Shown: positions 1 to 13,094 of the stretch, in pieces
Position numbering within the stretch: position 1 is the first letter of the stretch
How the letters are laid out: every line of letters starts with the position of its first letter
Source of the DNA: Podarcis vaucheri
Taxonomy: Eukaryota
Assembly (NCBI GenBank): GCA_965113315.1
Contig: OZ220366.1
Strand: one strand, 5' to 3'
DNA: 64,000 nt
The notes under the pieces: model-generated
Databases searched by the model: none
What the model saw: only the letters and a program-made list of their open reading frames with translations
Told to the model about the DNA's origin: nothing
Program-made: the position numbers and the translations under genes

Positions 1-387
1 CTCCATTTGGTCTATGACATTTGGATGATCATCTTCATCAATTGATAGACTCCTACCTTCAGGAGCACTGTCTCCTTCAGGAGCACTGTGGATCAGCCAC
101 AATCATTTCTAACTTTACCCTTTGGATGTTTTTAAATGTGTGTGATACAAGGAAAGTTACTGGAGAATATTATGAGGAGCATTTCACAAGGCAGAGGACT
201 GGTAAAAAGTGCACCCTGTGCTGTTTTGCTACATTTGAGATAGATAATTTATGTAACTATAGCCAGAATACATGGGGGGAAATATCAGAAGCCTCATATT
301 TCAAAAAGTGAATATCTGGACACAGACAGAGAAAGAAGCTTTTCAGCTATTTTTAAGGAAATTCACCAAATTTTACACTTCCAAAAT

Positions 388-499
388 GGGTTGCCATACA
401 TCTGGATTTTCCCAGACATTTAAGTGATTTCCACCCGGACACTGTTTCTGACAGTTGAATCCCGGCAACATGTGGGAAATTCAGAATGTACATCAACCC
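388..499. mobile_element. MITE-like fragment with ~30-bp imperfect inverted repeats (GGGTTGCCA-type end)
   Basis: gggttgccatacatctggattttcccagacat at 388 is approximately the reverse complement of atgtgggaaattcagaatgtacatcaaccc ending at 499; the element may extend to ~730. Confidence 0.5.
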
Positions 500-1439
500 T
501 AAATCTATGAAGGAAGGTGTGGGATGAGTTCAACGCCATTAAATTAACAGCTATGCTTAAAGGAAGGCAAAAGGTTTAGAGAAAGTATAAACAAGTAGAA
601 CTTGCTAACACAATACTAATAGACAGGTACGGTAGTTTTCCTGGCCACTGCAACTTGAAAAAAACTACCTACCCTGTTTTTACCTTTCATCTTTTCAGAT
701 GTGTGTGTGTGTGTTTTGGAAAAGATGGCAATTTCTTGCAATGCATGAGATTTTGCCATTTCTAAACTGTAAAACAAAAGATGGTTAAAATCTTACTTCT
801 AGGGGCCTTTAAAAAAAATTAGGTACCATATGTTCTATGTCTAGATCAGAAGACTTTTCTGTCTGGTCTAGGAATAGCAAAATATAGTAGCCATTAGTTT
901 TCAGAAAGTCCTCCTTGTCAGGATTACCTGCCTAGGAGCTTAAGTAAATTGTACATAGATGAGAGAAGGGGTAGCACTCATCCGTTCCCAGGAATAGCAC
1001 CACATGCAATAGTGCTGCTCTTGCTCATCTGTAAATGAGGACACAGAGTAATATAGTGTCTGCTCTGATCAGAGTCCCTGTCTCCACAGTTTGAACTAAT
1101 ACCATGGGGAAGTGCAGAATGAAAAAAACAGTGTTATTATCAACCACTGACCTTCATTTCATTCTCTTTAGTTAAAATTATATGTATTGCTAATTCCCCC
1201 CACCTTAAATGTTTTGGCATCAGTGGTGATGATGGCCTCTTCAATTGGCCTCTTGGGATTTCTAATGGAAAAACCTGTTGCACCCTTTCTAGTTAAAATA
1301 ATGCTCTATAATAAGAAACTTTCAAGACACAAATGTGCTTTCTACCTTAACATCTTTTTTCCTCTCTCTTTTTTTCAACCTTAAAAGCCTGTGTTTATGC
1401 TTTTTCTCTTTGTCACTGAAGCAAAGTTCTAATCCCAGA

Positions 1440-1720
1440 GGCCAACTTTCCATTTACAGTATTCCATAACTCTGCAGCTTATACATTAGATTCCAATATG
1501 AAGCTTTATCAACCACTGTCAGAAAAATCCATGCACAATACTTGATATATACCACTTCCTTTGCTTGGTACAGCAAAAATACCCTCAAAGCATTCTGATA
1601 GGTTAATGAGGCATGATATTCCTTGCCTCAAACTACAATGACTATCTTTTCCTTAACTACACTAATCTTCTCTAAATATCTTCACATCAGTCTTCAAAAT
1701 AGTTCTGCAGAGGTTTTGCA
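1440..1720 (-). mobile_element. Old CR1 LINE RT fragment
   Basis: Minus strand gives a degenerate G.SCL.NL.E.FE motif (ggaatatcatgcctcattaacctatcagaatgctttgag) typical of CR1 RT; boundaries approximate. Confidence 0.4.
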
Positions 1721-2565
1721 CAATGGATAACAAACCATATCGTCAGACTAGCGAGCTTTTCCTAATACAATGTTAAGGTTAACAAGTTTTGTCATAGTCT
1801 TACAGTCGAGGTCATGAAGATAGACTCTTTGGCCCCAGCACAGAAATAGCTGTTCTCACATGGAACTGATAATGTGCATAGAAACATTTGGTATAGAACC
1901 CTGGATAGCAAGGCTGCCTTAAGGTTTCAGGGGGCTCTGAATAAAAAGCCACTTGGCCGTTGAACAGCTGGGCCTAGCTGCCGTGTGAATTTACCACAGT
2001 GTCTTGAAATGATGGCATATTAGATGCATTGTGGGAAATTAAAATGGTGCCTAGAAACAGCTGCCTAGCACTGCTCAGAGCACCAATCCATGAATCTATT
2101 TTTAGAGGGGAGGAAGGGCAGGTATCAACAGAGGATACTATGAGGCCCTGCAGCCCTGGCCTTTGGCTCTGCCCACCATTAGTTCCAACCCTGATCAACT
2201 TTTTACATAGGCCAAGGCCCAACATAGAAAATGTTTTCCTACTCATGCTTTACCAGCTTGGTTACTAAAAGTATGCCTAAGTGATGCAGGTAACATGGTG
2301 GTGCAACTGAGAATTCTTATGTCAATGCATTCCTGTGGGAATAGATTTTCCAGGCCTTGGATTCATGGGAATCAGTACACAGTTTTAGCCATGGCTGCTA
2401 TCAAAACTCTCTGCTCCCTGAGCCAGGTACAATGCCCAGGAATCTTCAAGTGGTATGATGCTGCTGTAAATGTATAGTGCAGATGGGGCTTTAGTGTTTT
2501 CAACTGAATATGCTTGGAAGCCTTCTTGTGGTAGGGAATCATTATAACAGGGGAGCTGAGGAGTG

Positions 2566-2930
2566 CATACCCTCCAACATTTCTCCAATGAATAATAATA
2601 ATAAAAAATAAAATAGGGATGCCCCATTCCACAGTGATAATTTTACTATTTATACCCCACCACATCTTACTGGGTTGCCCCAGCACTCTGGGCGGCTTCC
2701 AAGATATATAAAAACATAATAAAACGTTAAACATTTTTTAAAAAACCTTCCCTATACAGGATTACCTTCAGACAGCTTGGGGGTTAGATAACTCCATACC
2801 CTCCACCATTTCTCCAATGAAAATAGGAACACCTCAGGAAAAGCGGGACATTCCAGGATCAAATCAGAAACCGGGATGGCTTCTCTAAATCAGGGACGTC
2901 ACTGGAAAATAGAGACACTTGGAGGGTCTG
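2566..2930. mobile_element. Composite non-autonomous TIR element containing an L2 3' tail
   Basis: Ends cataccctccaa / ttggagggtctg (11/12 inverted match); left end repeated at 2795; internal 2649-2772 aligns by eye with the L2 tail at 55065-55200. Confidence 0.65.
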
Positions 2931-3764
2931 GGAGCAGATGGAGATATTGGGATGGGGACAGCATGCACACCCCAGTGGTTCCCTCCTGAAGAGTTGTTTA
3001 AACACATAATGATTCCTGAATAGTGCTTTGGCAAATGAAAAAATTAGCACTTGAAGGAAAAAAACTAGTTGTCTCAATCCTCCCTTGTCATAAGTTGAAC
3101 CATTTGCAAGCCTTTGGATGAAGAATAATATAATTTCCAATACATAGTGACAACAGGATGAGCTGCAGAAAGGACATAGTTTCAGCCTAATTGGATTTCC
3201 TTGCTTATGTTGAATTAACTCAGACTCTTAACATTACTTAATGTAATTTATAGCCATTTAATACCTGTAAGTCAATTGACTCAAGGCACATTTTCTGGGT
3301 TCTTCAAAAACAAAACAAAAAAAGTCAATTGGAACAATTCTTGTATTTTCATTATTCATTATAATTCACCCGTGTCCGACTTAAATTGAAAGTGTCACAC
3401 TCAGCACAGAACATTGCTGGATATTGTTTTATTTCCAGAAATTAAAAGTGCACATTAATTGGACCCAGTCTTTGCTACTTTGAATCACAGGATTGTGAAA
3501 AGAGCTTGGATAATGTATGGTGATATGTACATAGCTTAGAAGGTGAAAGCAGTTCATAGGTAGAACAAAGAAACATTCCAAAACAACCTGGCAACATGAG
3601 ACCCAAGCCAAATGCCATACAATGCACTTTCAGCAGGAATACTGCAATTTTGCATCAAATTCCAATACTTGCTGCTTGTTTGGGCTCTAGCATTTGTGAG
3701 CCCAGGACCTCATGTACAATCCTATGATCAGTTAGGGCACATGCCCTAACTGATAAAACAACAC

Positions 3765-4425
3765 ACATTCATTGATCATTGGTTGCCATCTTCTCGAGAG
3801 ACAATTGAGTGCATCTCCGGCGGTGAAGTCAAACTGCTGCATTAGCAGGTGGGCTCCCCAGACAACAAGACCCCTCTTCTCTGCCTCACTGATGTGGTTC
3901 ATAGAAAAGTGGAAGCAATCTGTCTGGCATCAGCTTGGCTGCCGGAGTTGCCGGAGGGAGGCATGCAAGGTGCCATCCAACCATATTAGGGACTCTACTC
4001 TGGATTTGTGTAGGGTTTTCTCCTTAGCCTTTTCTTCTCGTGAAGATATCCTGCAAAGCAGTGTTGGTTTAGGATGAGAGTTTTCCTTCTCCTTGCTGGA
4101 CTACTTTCCCAGGTTGAAGAGTGCCACCTGACCCTCACTTTCCTCTACAACGTGTGCACAAACCGCCTTCTTGACCATTGGACTCACTATTGGTGTCATT
4201 TGCTCAACCTGCCAAACCCTGTACTAACATGTGAAGTCCCTAACTTACCAAGGGTTTGAGACCCATCAGCTACCCTCACTTGCTTCAGCTGGCCAGTCAA
4301 AGCCATTTTCCGGGGTGTGGCCACTGTCACACACTTACAGCTTCTAGGAGTCACATGTGAGATCTGAGTGCGGGGTGGGGACAAAAGGTGAACAAACTAT
4401 TCCAGAAACATTACTACTGTTCCCC
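3765..4425 (-). mobile_element. Non-autonomous (ORF-less, bipartite) RTE-derived retroelement
   Basis: RTE-like 3' tail (minus strand tgtctctcgagaagatggcaacc...aatgaatg) and RTE 5'-UTR-like block gagaaggaaaactc near 4080-4095; no RT ORF. Confidence 0.55.
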
Positions 4426-5989
4426 TTATACCCCATACACCCCACACCACCACAGGCACAAAACAAAAAAAAGCAACCTTGATGTGACTGAATATTACCA
4501 ATCTGTGGGGATTGCAGTAGAGTGTCAAAGCGTGATTCCATAGAGCAGCCTCTCTGTGGATTTTTTGAGCTCGGGGTCCGGTGCCAGAACACATATGAGA
4601 ACTATTTGACTTACCCACTCAAGGTTAATGAGACCAGGAATGGTGGCAAGTGCCAGACTCCCACAAGGCATTGTGGCTGATTGGCTGGAAAGGTCAAAGA
4701 ACAGGGCATGCATTGATCCTTGGCGCACAGCCAGGCAGGTAAAGCTATTCAGAACACTGGGTTTTCAACAGGCATAAATGTGGTAGGTGCCTTTGTAGCC
4801 CAAATAGTATAGGTCACAATGGTAGTGATTTGTGGATGAACAGTATTTGTTTGCTTATTTGGTGCTTATTTACTTCCAGCAATGTGTAATTACAAGGTCC
4901 AGGTACCTTTACTAGTTCTTTCTTAAAAATGACATGTAAAGTTGAGTTTAGGCTTTGAGTGAAAGGGAAAATCTCTGTCAAGAAAAAAACAAATAAATGC
5001 AAGCGTAATGCTCTCCAAATACAGTTATGCCACACCACACTCTCTAAATTAAAATCTAGCTGTTTGGGGACTTATCCTAATTTCCCACTTCAAATAAATA
5101 GAAGAGCAGAAGTTGACTGATCAATAAAAGGGAAAAAAAAATAGTCATGGTGCCTGAAGGTCTTTTAAAGAATGTCACATTCAGATTCAGAATTCTGATT
5201 CTGTTTAAAGTTATTAAAAGAGCTAATGTGGGGATTAAAAGTGAGGTAATGGTGCCATTAAGATAAATGACGGTTACAGAATAAATGATAATTTGGCATG
5301 GATATAAATTACCCTGAGTTGATTAAGTTAATGAAGCCTGTAAGGAAAGAATCAGATAGAAATTCTCAATATCTGAAGAAGAAAGTTTTGGATGAGCTAA
5401 TGTAAGAATAAACGTTGAGCTTGCCTCATACTATTTTGCTTCTAGTGTCCTAGATTGTTTAAGTAACTGATACTTGCTACTCAAAGAAGGGGGGGGTGTC
5501 CAATGCGAGTGAACAGAGCTGGTTTGTGACCAAATGTTATTTTTTATGTTATGTGTCTTACTTTTTATTTTAATAAATATTTTATTGATAAATCTTCCTA
5601 AAGTTGTCTCACCCTTGTAGACAATAACCCAGTACTTTCAGGTTGTAAAAGCCTACTTGGAAAATATTTGAGCAAATAAAACCAACATCAGCACTCAGGT
5701 TGATTTAAACTGACAAACTTGCATGAGATCATGTGTTTGCAAAAAAGTTATCTGTAAATTTATATTGCTGAATTGTGGCTCCGAAATAATATGAAAAACA
5801 GGTTCACTTATGATGGGATAAAAATTATGTAGTGTTTTTTGTTTGTTTGTTTTGTTTGCTTGGTAAACATATCTTTGCCTTTGTTTGCTTAATGACTTGG
5901 ACATCACTGATGCATCTAGGGATCCAGGAGCTTGGTTAAATTCTAACCCTTTACTGGTTTCAGGAATGTAGGAGAGTCTTGCTCCATCC

Positions 5990-6003
5990 CTCTCTCTGTG
6001 TGC

Positions 6004-6034
<31 letters not shown>

Positions 6035-6055
6035 GGAGGGAGGGAGGGGGAGAGA
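5990..6055. repeat. Compound microsatellite (CT)/(TG)/(GA)/(GGGA)
   Basis: Directly visible. Confidence 0.9.
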
Positions 6056-7419
6056 TAAAAATACATTGACTAGTTGGTACCATGTATGTACTTTGGAAGA
6101 AGTTTGATGCATAGTTTGATCGTTTGGACTAATTTAACTTCCAGCAGAACACACAGCTGCTTCTTCCATTGTCACTAAAGCACAAACCTCACAGTTGAAA
6201 CAGACCTGCTTGGGCTTCCAAATAGCATGTAAGATGTCTTTCAAGTCAGATGGAGCTCTTCTCTGAAATGTGTTCAGTTCCTAGAAATCAATAGTAAGAA
6301 ACAGCTCAAGAGTTCTGTGCTTTATATATGTGTGTGTGAGAGAGAGCGCACACGCGCATCAACTCACTAATACTGGCATTTAACTTGTTCTCGAAAACAG
6401 TTTTCAGAAACATCAGGGTCCCTCACTAATTCTCATTTCCCTTTCTCTTCTCCTCTCTCTAGGAGTGGCTGGCATGATGGGACGCTGCCATCACTATAGC
6501 TTAACTGAAAGGGGCTGAGGCAGGGAAGGATGAGGGCAGGGCTCCACAGATTCACAGTGTGGTACTGTCACTAGTAAATCTGTGCAGCTCAACCTTGCTG
6601 CTTCCCTGCTGTGTACCACATCCAGCCCAGAAATCTGCACTGAGGCCAGCGTGGGCAGTGGGGTCAAAGGGACTTCACAGCTCTGCCCCACCCTGTCAGG
6701 TACTGATGCCTCCCTCTCTAGAATTGGAGATTTTCCTTAAGGAATATATCTGTCTCCCTATTAAGTTAATATTCTATATTCATACAATCAAGTTGCACTT
6801 TGGACTCCATTCATTTTGGCTCAAAAATCAGCTTCTTCTTCAATGTGAGAGAGGTTTTCTACATAACTACAGATGTTGAGTATAAGTGCTTTACAGTATG
6901 ATGTTACCAACCCCCCCCCAAAAAAAACCACCCACTCAGGGTCCATTATTTTAAATGACTATAAATGAGGAGGTTATGTGAAGAACTAATCAAGAGTGTT
7001 TTTCTATGATTGCATATGATGCTGATAGCAGAGACATTGAAGAAGCTCTTTTTTCAGTTACAGAAACTTAGTGTGCAAGCCTATTCATGTTTATTTAGAG
7101 GCAAGTCCCATGTAAGTTATGCATGGATAAAGTTTAGCAATTAAGAGGGCTTGGCAAAGTGTAAATAAATAAGTAACCCGCCCCCCAAGTTGATTAAAGC
7201 AAGATAAATTTGTCCTCCTTTTCCACTTAACCTCCAAGATCCTATTTTATTTGCTATGCATTTGACAAGGCAGGGTAAACTCTCTCCTTCCCCATTCTCC
7301 ACTAGCAAGAGAAGGGGAACCATCCAAAAACATGGGGCATGATAAATGAAATAAGGAACAGTTTAGCTTGTGCATTCCCGGACTCATTTGTGCTTCAAGG
7401 CCCCCAAGACCCTCACCTG

Positions 7420-8200
7420 TAAATAACTTCACATGGACACATATTTTAGTTTGAATTATTGGGCAAATTTTAGGCCACAACTTTATTGATTACAGCAAAG
7501 TGAGCGGTATTGGCTTAGGCATTGGCAACAGACTATAACTGACTCCCCGCTTCTCTGGCTGATAGTCTGAAATGGTAAACACCAAAATAGGGAGCAACAT
7601 CGATGAAGACTAACCAAAGCTCATCCCTGGGTTCCTGTGGTCCTGGCATGGCCCTAGCCCCTCAAGCAGACTTCGGACGAGATCCAGGACTCCCAGATTC
7701 CTTTACCGGAATACCCTATTTCTGGAGGAGCAGGTGATGGCCGCACCTCCCCTCCCACACATTTCTATAAACCAATGGCTAACCAAACCTTACAAAGTTG
7801 TGACAATGGCTGAGGGGGTAGGCGAAAACCAAGTGGCTATAGCTAATTTGCCAAATGGAAAAAAAATCCTACCCAGCCCCTGTTCCAAAACAGGCAACCC
7901 AATCCAAAGCAAGGCCAAAGCAGCAACACCTAGCATTAGGGAGGGAGGGTGTCCGACAGCACAAAGCAAGTGCCCCAAATTGCATTGCGCTGCCACCTTT
8001 ATAGACCCTGGGAATCACGCCGCCTCACGTGATTGGCCCAAACAGCCTGGCATGATCCCAGGGCTGAAAGTTAAGACTTGGGCTACACCCCTAAATAATA
8101 AACCCTGTGGGGGTGTCCTAGGGGTCCGCACGCAACCAGGACCCTCCATAAGGAGGGTCCCATTTCTTGACCACTTCATATTCTAAGATAGAAATCCTCC
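7420..8200 (-). mobile_element. Probable non-coding terminal region of a DIRS/Ngaro-like or LTR retroelement
   Basis: Block richer in GC and CpG than its flanks; minus-strand aataaagttgtggcc at ~7473-7487; no recognisable protein domain; family assignment is from recall only. Confidence 0.3.
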
Positions 8201-8483
8201 AGTGGCGACTTAATAATTGCTAACATCACATTAAACATCTAAGCATCTCTAAATGGGCAGAGTAGCAAAGTGACCCTGCTCAGAGCTTGGAAAGAGAAAG
8301 AATAGCTGCTTGGGACCTGCTTATTGCTTCCCAGTCATCATAACCCTTTCTGTGTCATTCTCAGAACAATGCATTGGGCGAGGGTAATGGGAAAAGGCAT
8401 TTAAAGGGTTTTGTTTCAGTTTGGTGCACGAGCCAAAAGACAGGCAAGATGGGCAGAAGTACACAGGTACCCATTTTCTCAGG

Positions 8484-8653
8484 TAAGGATGTGGGGGGAA
8501 ATTAGTTCAGTTCACACTGAAAGGCAAACCTACCCAATTCACACTTTCTGAAACAATATGCAAACCAAAACATCATCTTTCAAAAATCATACTTCTTCAA
8601 ATTTGGTAATGCAGGTCTCCAGCTAAGTAAAGAAATAGCTTTACCCATCCCTA
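8484..8653. mobile_element. Non-autonomous hAT element (Ac-type TAGGGATG TIR)
   Basis: Ends taaggatg / catcccta; 8-bp TSD ttctcagg (8476-8483) and tcctcagg (8654-8661); related sequence at 50207-50618 and ~10140-10210. Confidence 0.75.
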
Positions 8654-10350
8654 TCCTCAGGTAGACAAAAGTGGTTGTATGAATAGGAGTGCGTTCTTTA
8701 CCATTATAGACTCCACAAGGGTAAAGAGGTGTGGAATTACCTCTACTACTTTATATATTTAGACTAGTATTGCTCCCACCTACAGTGTGATAGTTCAGGA
8801 TAGAACAAGAGCTGAATATTAGAATACTATAGGAATAAAAACTGAGCACATATAGTCTCAGTTTTGGTTTTGTTATGCTGTAAATTTCATCCAACCTTTC
8901 CTTTTTTGTTCTGATAAAACTTGGCTCTAAAACCCAATTTAAGCAGTGTTTTAAAATGGAGATCCAGCTCAGGCTTCTGCAGACATTTTAAAACATGATT
9001 ATTATTCTTATGCAATATGTACATGGTAAACTCCCACGGATCTTGTTCACATCTCCAGCCTATGAAAGGCATACTAAAATAATATCACTGAATTACAAAG
9101 AATGTCAATGGAAGAACAATTGCAAACAACATCAAGGTATCTACCCGCCCCACAAAACAGAGAGTTTTTAAAAAGCAGATAAGAAAGAGGACAAGCAGTG
9201 AGTTTGAGAGCAAAGTGTGTTAGTAACTTGTTATTACTGGCACATCGAAACAGAAATTTCTCCCAATACCATTGTTTCCTCTGGCAATTAGTGAAATAGC
9301 AGTGCTTATGTTTGGAAGATATTGCATGTGAACAACATAAATTTCATTTGTAATTTTATGAAAATGAGTTGCCCTAATGAAATGTTTAAAGCTTATTGCT
9401 TTAAAATAAAAAACCTTGACCTCAGTAGGAAGGCTGGATGATTATGAGGCTACTTATAAGAAGCAACAGCAATTACTACAATTTGCATATCTAAATTATC
9501 ATTTTTTTAAAAAAAAAATGCTAATGACTTAAAATCTCAAGCAGGTTTTGACCTATAATCATTATAACCATGGGTTATGAAAATAGACAACAATCCACAT
9601 TTCCCCTGATGAGCTATCTTGCTTTAGACATAATTCAGGCTGAGCTCTTAATTATTTTAAATAGCTAAACCACATGTTTTGTGAAGGTTTAAAAAGAAAA
9701 GAATTTACGTGAGATGTGTTTTAAAGTTTATACAAATTTCAGTTTCTGTATATTTACCCTGACACACATTATACCTAGAGTGTACAATTAATTTTCTCCA
9801 CACACAGACCTATTGACTTACTTACCCACTAATAATTTGTAGATTATAATGTAAATATACTACTTGGCCATCATAAGCAAGCAACAGTAATCAAATGACA
9901 CTGTTGGTGGTTCTGCCTTTCTTTCTTGAGTAGATTATAAATAAATACATTATGAATTAGATCCTTCTAGACTTGCAAAGTTAGGTGGCAGAGTCTGTAC
10001 TACTGGTGCACTAGTTTTCAGTGTAGCAATATATAAATATTGTAAGAGAGCTGTCATCATTAATAGTCCTCTAATATTCCAGTTGGTTAACCATCTAACT
10101 TGACAATCCTATATTCAGAAGTTAATTAAGTCCCATAGGTTATGAAGAAGGAGAAATTTAGTAACGTAATTTACACTTCCCAAAACAATGTGAATCGAAA
10201 CACAAGCATTATGAAAATATACCATTTGTGTTGTAATAGTATGCACATCATGGTTCCTTAAAAATTCATAAAGAAGCAAGCTTCTAGAAGTCAAAAATTA
10301 TGTGATTTGTTATTAAAGGAACTACTCAAAATAAATGTTTCTGCTTACAG

Positions 10351-10469
10351 AATTTATCATCTGGTTATAAATATTCCAGCTGGTCCTCAAGTCCCAGTGT
10401 CTTTATTCGTTGTTCAGGCTGTCCCTATGTCAACATTTCCTCCTTTTGAGACTGAAAGGGCTTTCAAAG
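10351..10469 (+). other. Candidate 119-nt internal exon (unassigned gene)
   Basis: Acceptor tgtttctgcttacAG at 10350 and consensus donor AAG|GTAAGT at 10470; one open frame (IYHLVINIPAGPQ...RAFK) with no recognised homology. Confidence 0.2.
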
Positions 10470-10638
10470 GTAAGTTGCAATATGGCATGGGATCCTCTGC
10501 TGTTTTAGCAAAAGGACAAAATGCTGCTGCTTTAGCTAAAGTCTTGAGTATATCTTAAGTAGCAATCTGGATCCCAGCAATAAGTATGATAAGGACAATA
10601 GCTAACATGCTGATTTACCCCAATATACCACCTATACT

Positions 10639-11750
10639 GTACTTCTGGTTTGGCTTGCCATTGCGGCGGCTGTTGATTACATCTGAGCTGTTTTGCATGG
10701 GATATTTTGAGGATGAGATGGGAGTAATCATCCTCCCAACCACCCCCTCCCCAGGGCCAAGGGGAGGGCAGCTTCACCCACAGATCACCCAACACCTGTC
10801 CCCAATCCAGTAGGAATGAGGTGGAAGGGGGCGCTGGGTGGGAAACAACTCTCCAAAGTCACCGCCATGAGCGAACGAACTCCTATGTTTTAAGATGATA
10901 ATTCAGACTTAATTATCGGGCATGCTCTGAGTGAGGGGAGATAAACTACTCTGCCAACTGATTCAGCCACTGGGGAGCTAAAGGATTTGAGTGGAAGAGG
11001 GACTATCTTTACTATGGAATGGGTATGTCAGAATGGAAAGGTTGGGGGGGGGGGAGTCTCCTTTTATATATATATATATATATATATATTGCACATTTGC
11101 TATTTCACTTGGCAAATCCCCCTGGAAAGTGTGAATATCTATATGTATGCAAGCGAGACTGTACTATTCTGTAATATTGATATAATTTTGATCTAATTAT
11201 TAACTGTGTGGAAAAGATTTACGAATTTGCATTTAATTCTGATGGACTGTTAAGAGCGGAAGATGGGAATTGAGGCTTCTAGCCAAAGTTTAGGCTTAAC
11301 TGTTCTAGTACGAGATGAAACGAAGAGGTTTTGACATACGTCTGGAACAATTGGCAGAAAGCCAGATTTCCTCCATTTTGGGACGTGTCGTATTAGATAA
11401 CTACTGGCATGAAGAAGTGAAAGACACAGGAGGAAATAAACACCCACACAGAAACACACTGTTTTGATATAACTCGCTTGTTGGATGAACTCAGAGGCTG
11501 TGAAAACGTACAAAGGATTAAGATTGGATTGATTTATCGGAACTACCTGGACTAATGAAGAAAGCAGCGCAAAGGTGAGATGATGGCTATCCTCTGACCT
11601 CAGAGCATGGGAAGTCAAACAAAGATTTATGATTTGGCTTAATATTTGAACTGTTTGATTATTTTATAATTCAGAATGTCTTTAATGTGGCCTTTATTGG
11701 ATTATTAAATTGGAAAACTTAATAGTTTTTTAAAAATAATACTAATACAT
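10639..11750 (+). mobile_element. ORF-less L1-mobilised retroelement (~1.1 kb)
   Basis: 16-bp TSD atataccacctatact (10623-10638) and atataccacctatgct (11751-11766); L1-like start gtacttctgg...ccattgcggcgg; AT-rich 3' end ggaaaacttaata plus decayed A tail. Confidence 0.75.
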
Positions 11751-13094
11751 ATATACCACCTATGCTACCATTAATCTTGGCAGAACTAGGACTCTTCCTT
11801 GAGTTGACCCTGTTGCTTCTTAACATGTCAGAATAGAAGCTTATTATTATTAATAGTGTAGCAAAAGCTGCATAAAGTAAGAAGAAAATTATTGAGTATG
11901 TGTGTCCCCCACAAAACCAGTAAACAACCGAAACCAGTTGTTTCAATTTACAGCTAAGCTGCCCTCTACTGACACACAAAACAGCTGATGGTCTCAGCAT
12001 TTCTCTGTTATAGTTAATTCATTCTCCAGCATTAGAATAGACAGAAGAACTGAACCTCCTGAGAATGTCAGAACAGTGGAACTGAATATTTCATAGAGAG
12101 CAGCTCTGACAGATGAACTGGAGGTAGCTTTCTTCTCAAGCAAAAGGAGCTTGTAGTCAAACCCAATTTTGTACTTGATTGATTTGGCTCTCCTAAGCCC
12201 TCAGCTGTTTTCTTATCTGGATATGGACAGAGACCAAATGCAAAGCACATTCAGAAAATTTCCAATTAAAACAAAGGGAAGAGAGAGGCAGTCCAGTCAT
12301 ATGTATTAGCTTTGTAACTTACATGGTACAAAGAGATGTTTGTGCTTCAACAGCACCAAATATTTAACCAAAGTCATGTTTTACATTGTTGCCCATTAAC
12401 TTGTAAAGCTCTTAACAATGGAGATTCAGCCTCTGAAGGAAGCTCAGGCAAACTCCCTGAAGTGCCTCCTCTCTAGGCATGCTCCCCCTAATTCTCTAGC
12501 CAAGAAGCCCCCTCAGACACCTTCCCCATCACACAGGAGACAGAAGGAAGTAAATCTGATGCTGAGCTGGCACCTACCCCACCTCCACCAACACCGACAG
12601 TGGGCACAAACCTCACCTAGACAGCTCTCTAGGAGTGCCGATTGGACCAGCCAGTCTCGGGATTCCAGCTGCTTGGCCCATTGCATGCTGTGCCCACTCT
12701 GTCCTTCAAAAGGAAAGTTTAGGGGTCATGTTGCTTGTTGGTTCAACATCTTGTCTTGTCTTTGACCTCTCCTTTACTGCTGATCCCCACCACCTGTGAC
12801 TTGCCTCACATCCTATTCTAATCTGATTATTTATTTATTTATTGAAAAACCAAATTCATGATATTTTATTCCTCACTGGACAGGGAGACCCAGGGCAGTC
12901 TTATGCATAGATGCATTATATATCCATATTTATAGAAGGTATGTTTAAATCCTTTTGTCTTTTTTGTCTTAAGAGCCACAGGAGGTGCTGCAACCTTCCA
13001 AGAGCTTGACTTCACCCTGAAAGGCACACATCCCCATTGTCTCCTGAGACTTATGGATGCCAACCAACTATAAGTCTTCTTGAACTCAATGGGA

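Noticed and set aside
7734-8186. 150-aa ORF
   Set aside because: No RT, tyrosine recombinase or gag motifs; lies in a probable retroelement terminal region.
9606-9640. Other CTGATGA occurrences as hammerheads or C/D snoRNA boxes (also ~29988)
   Set aside because: No stem II followed by GAAA, and no terminal stem with matched boxes.
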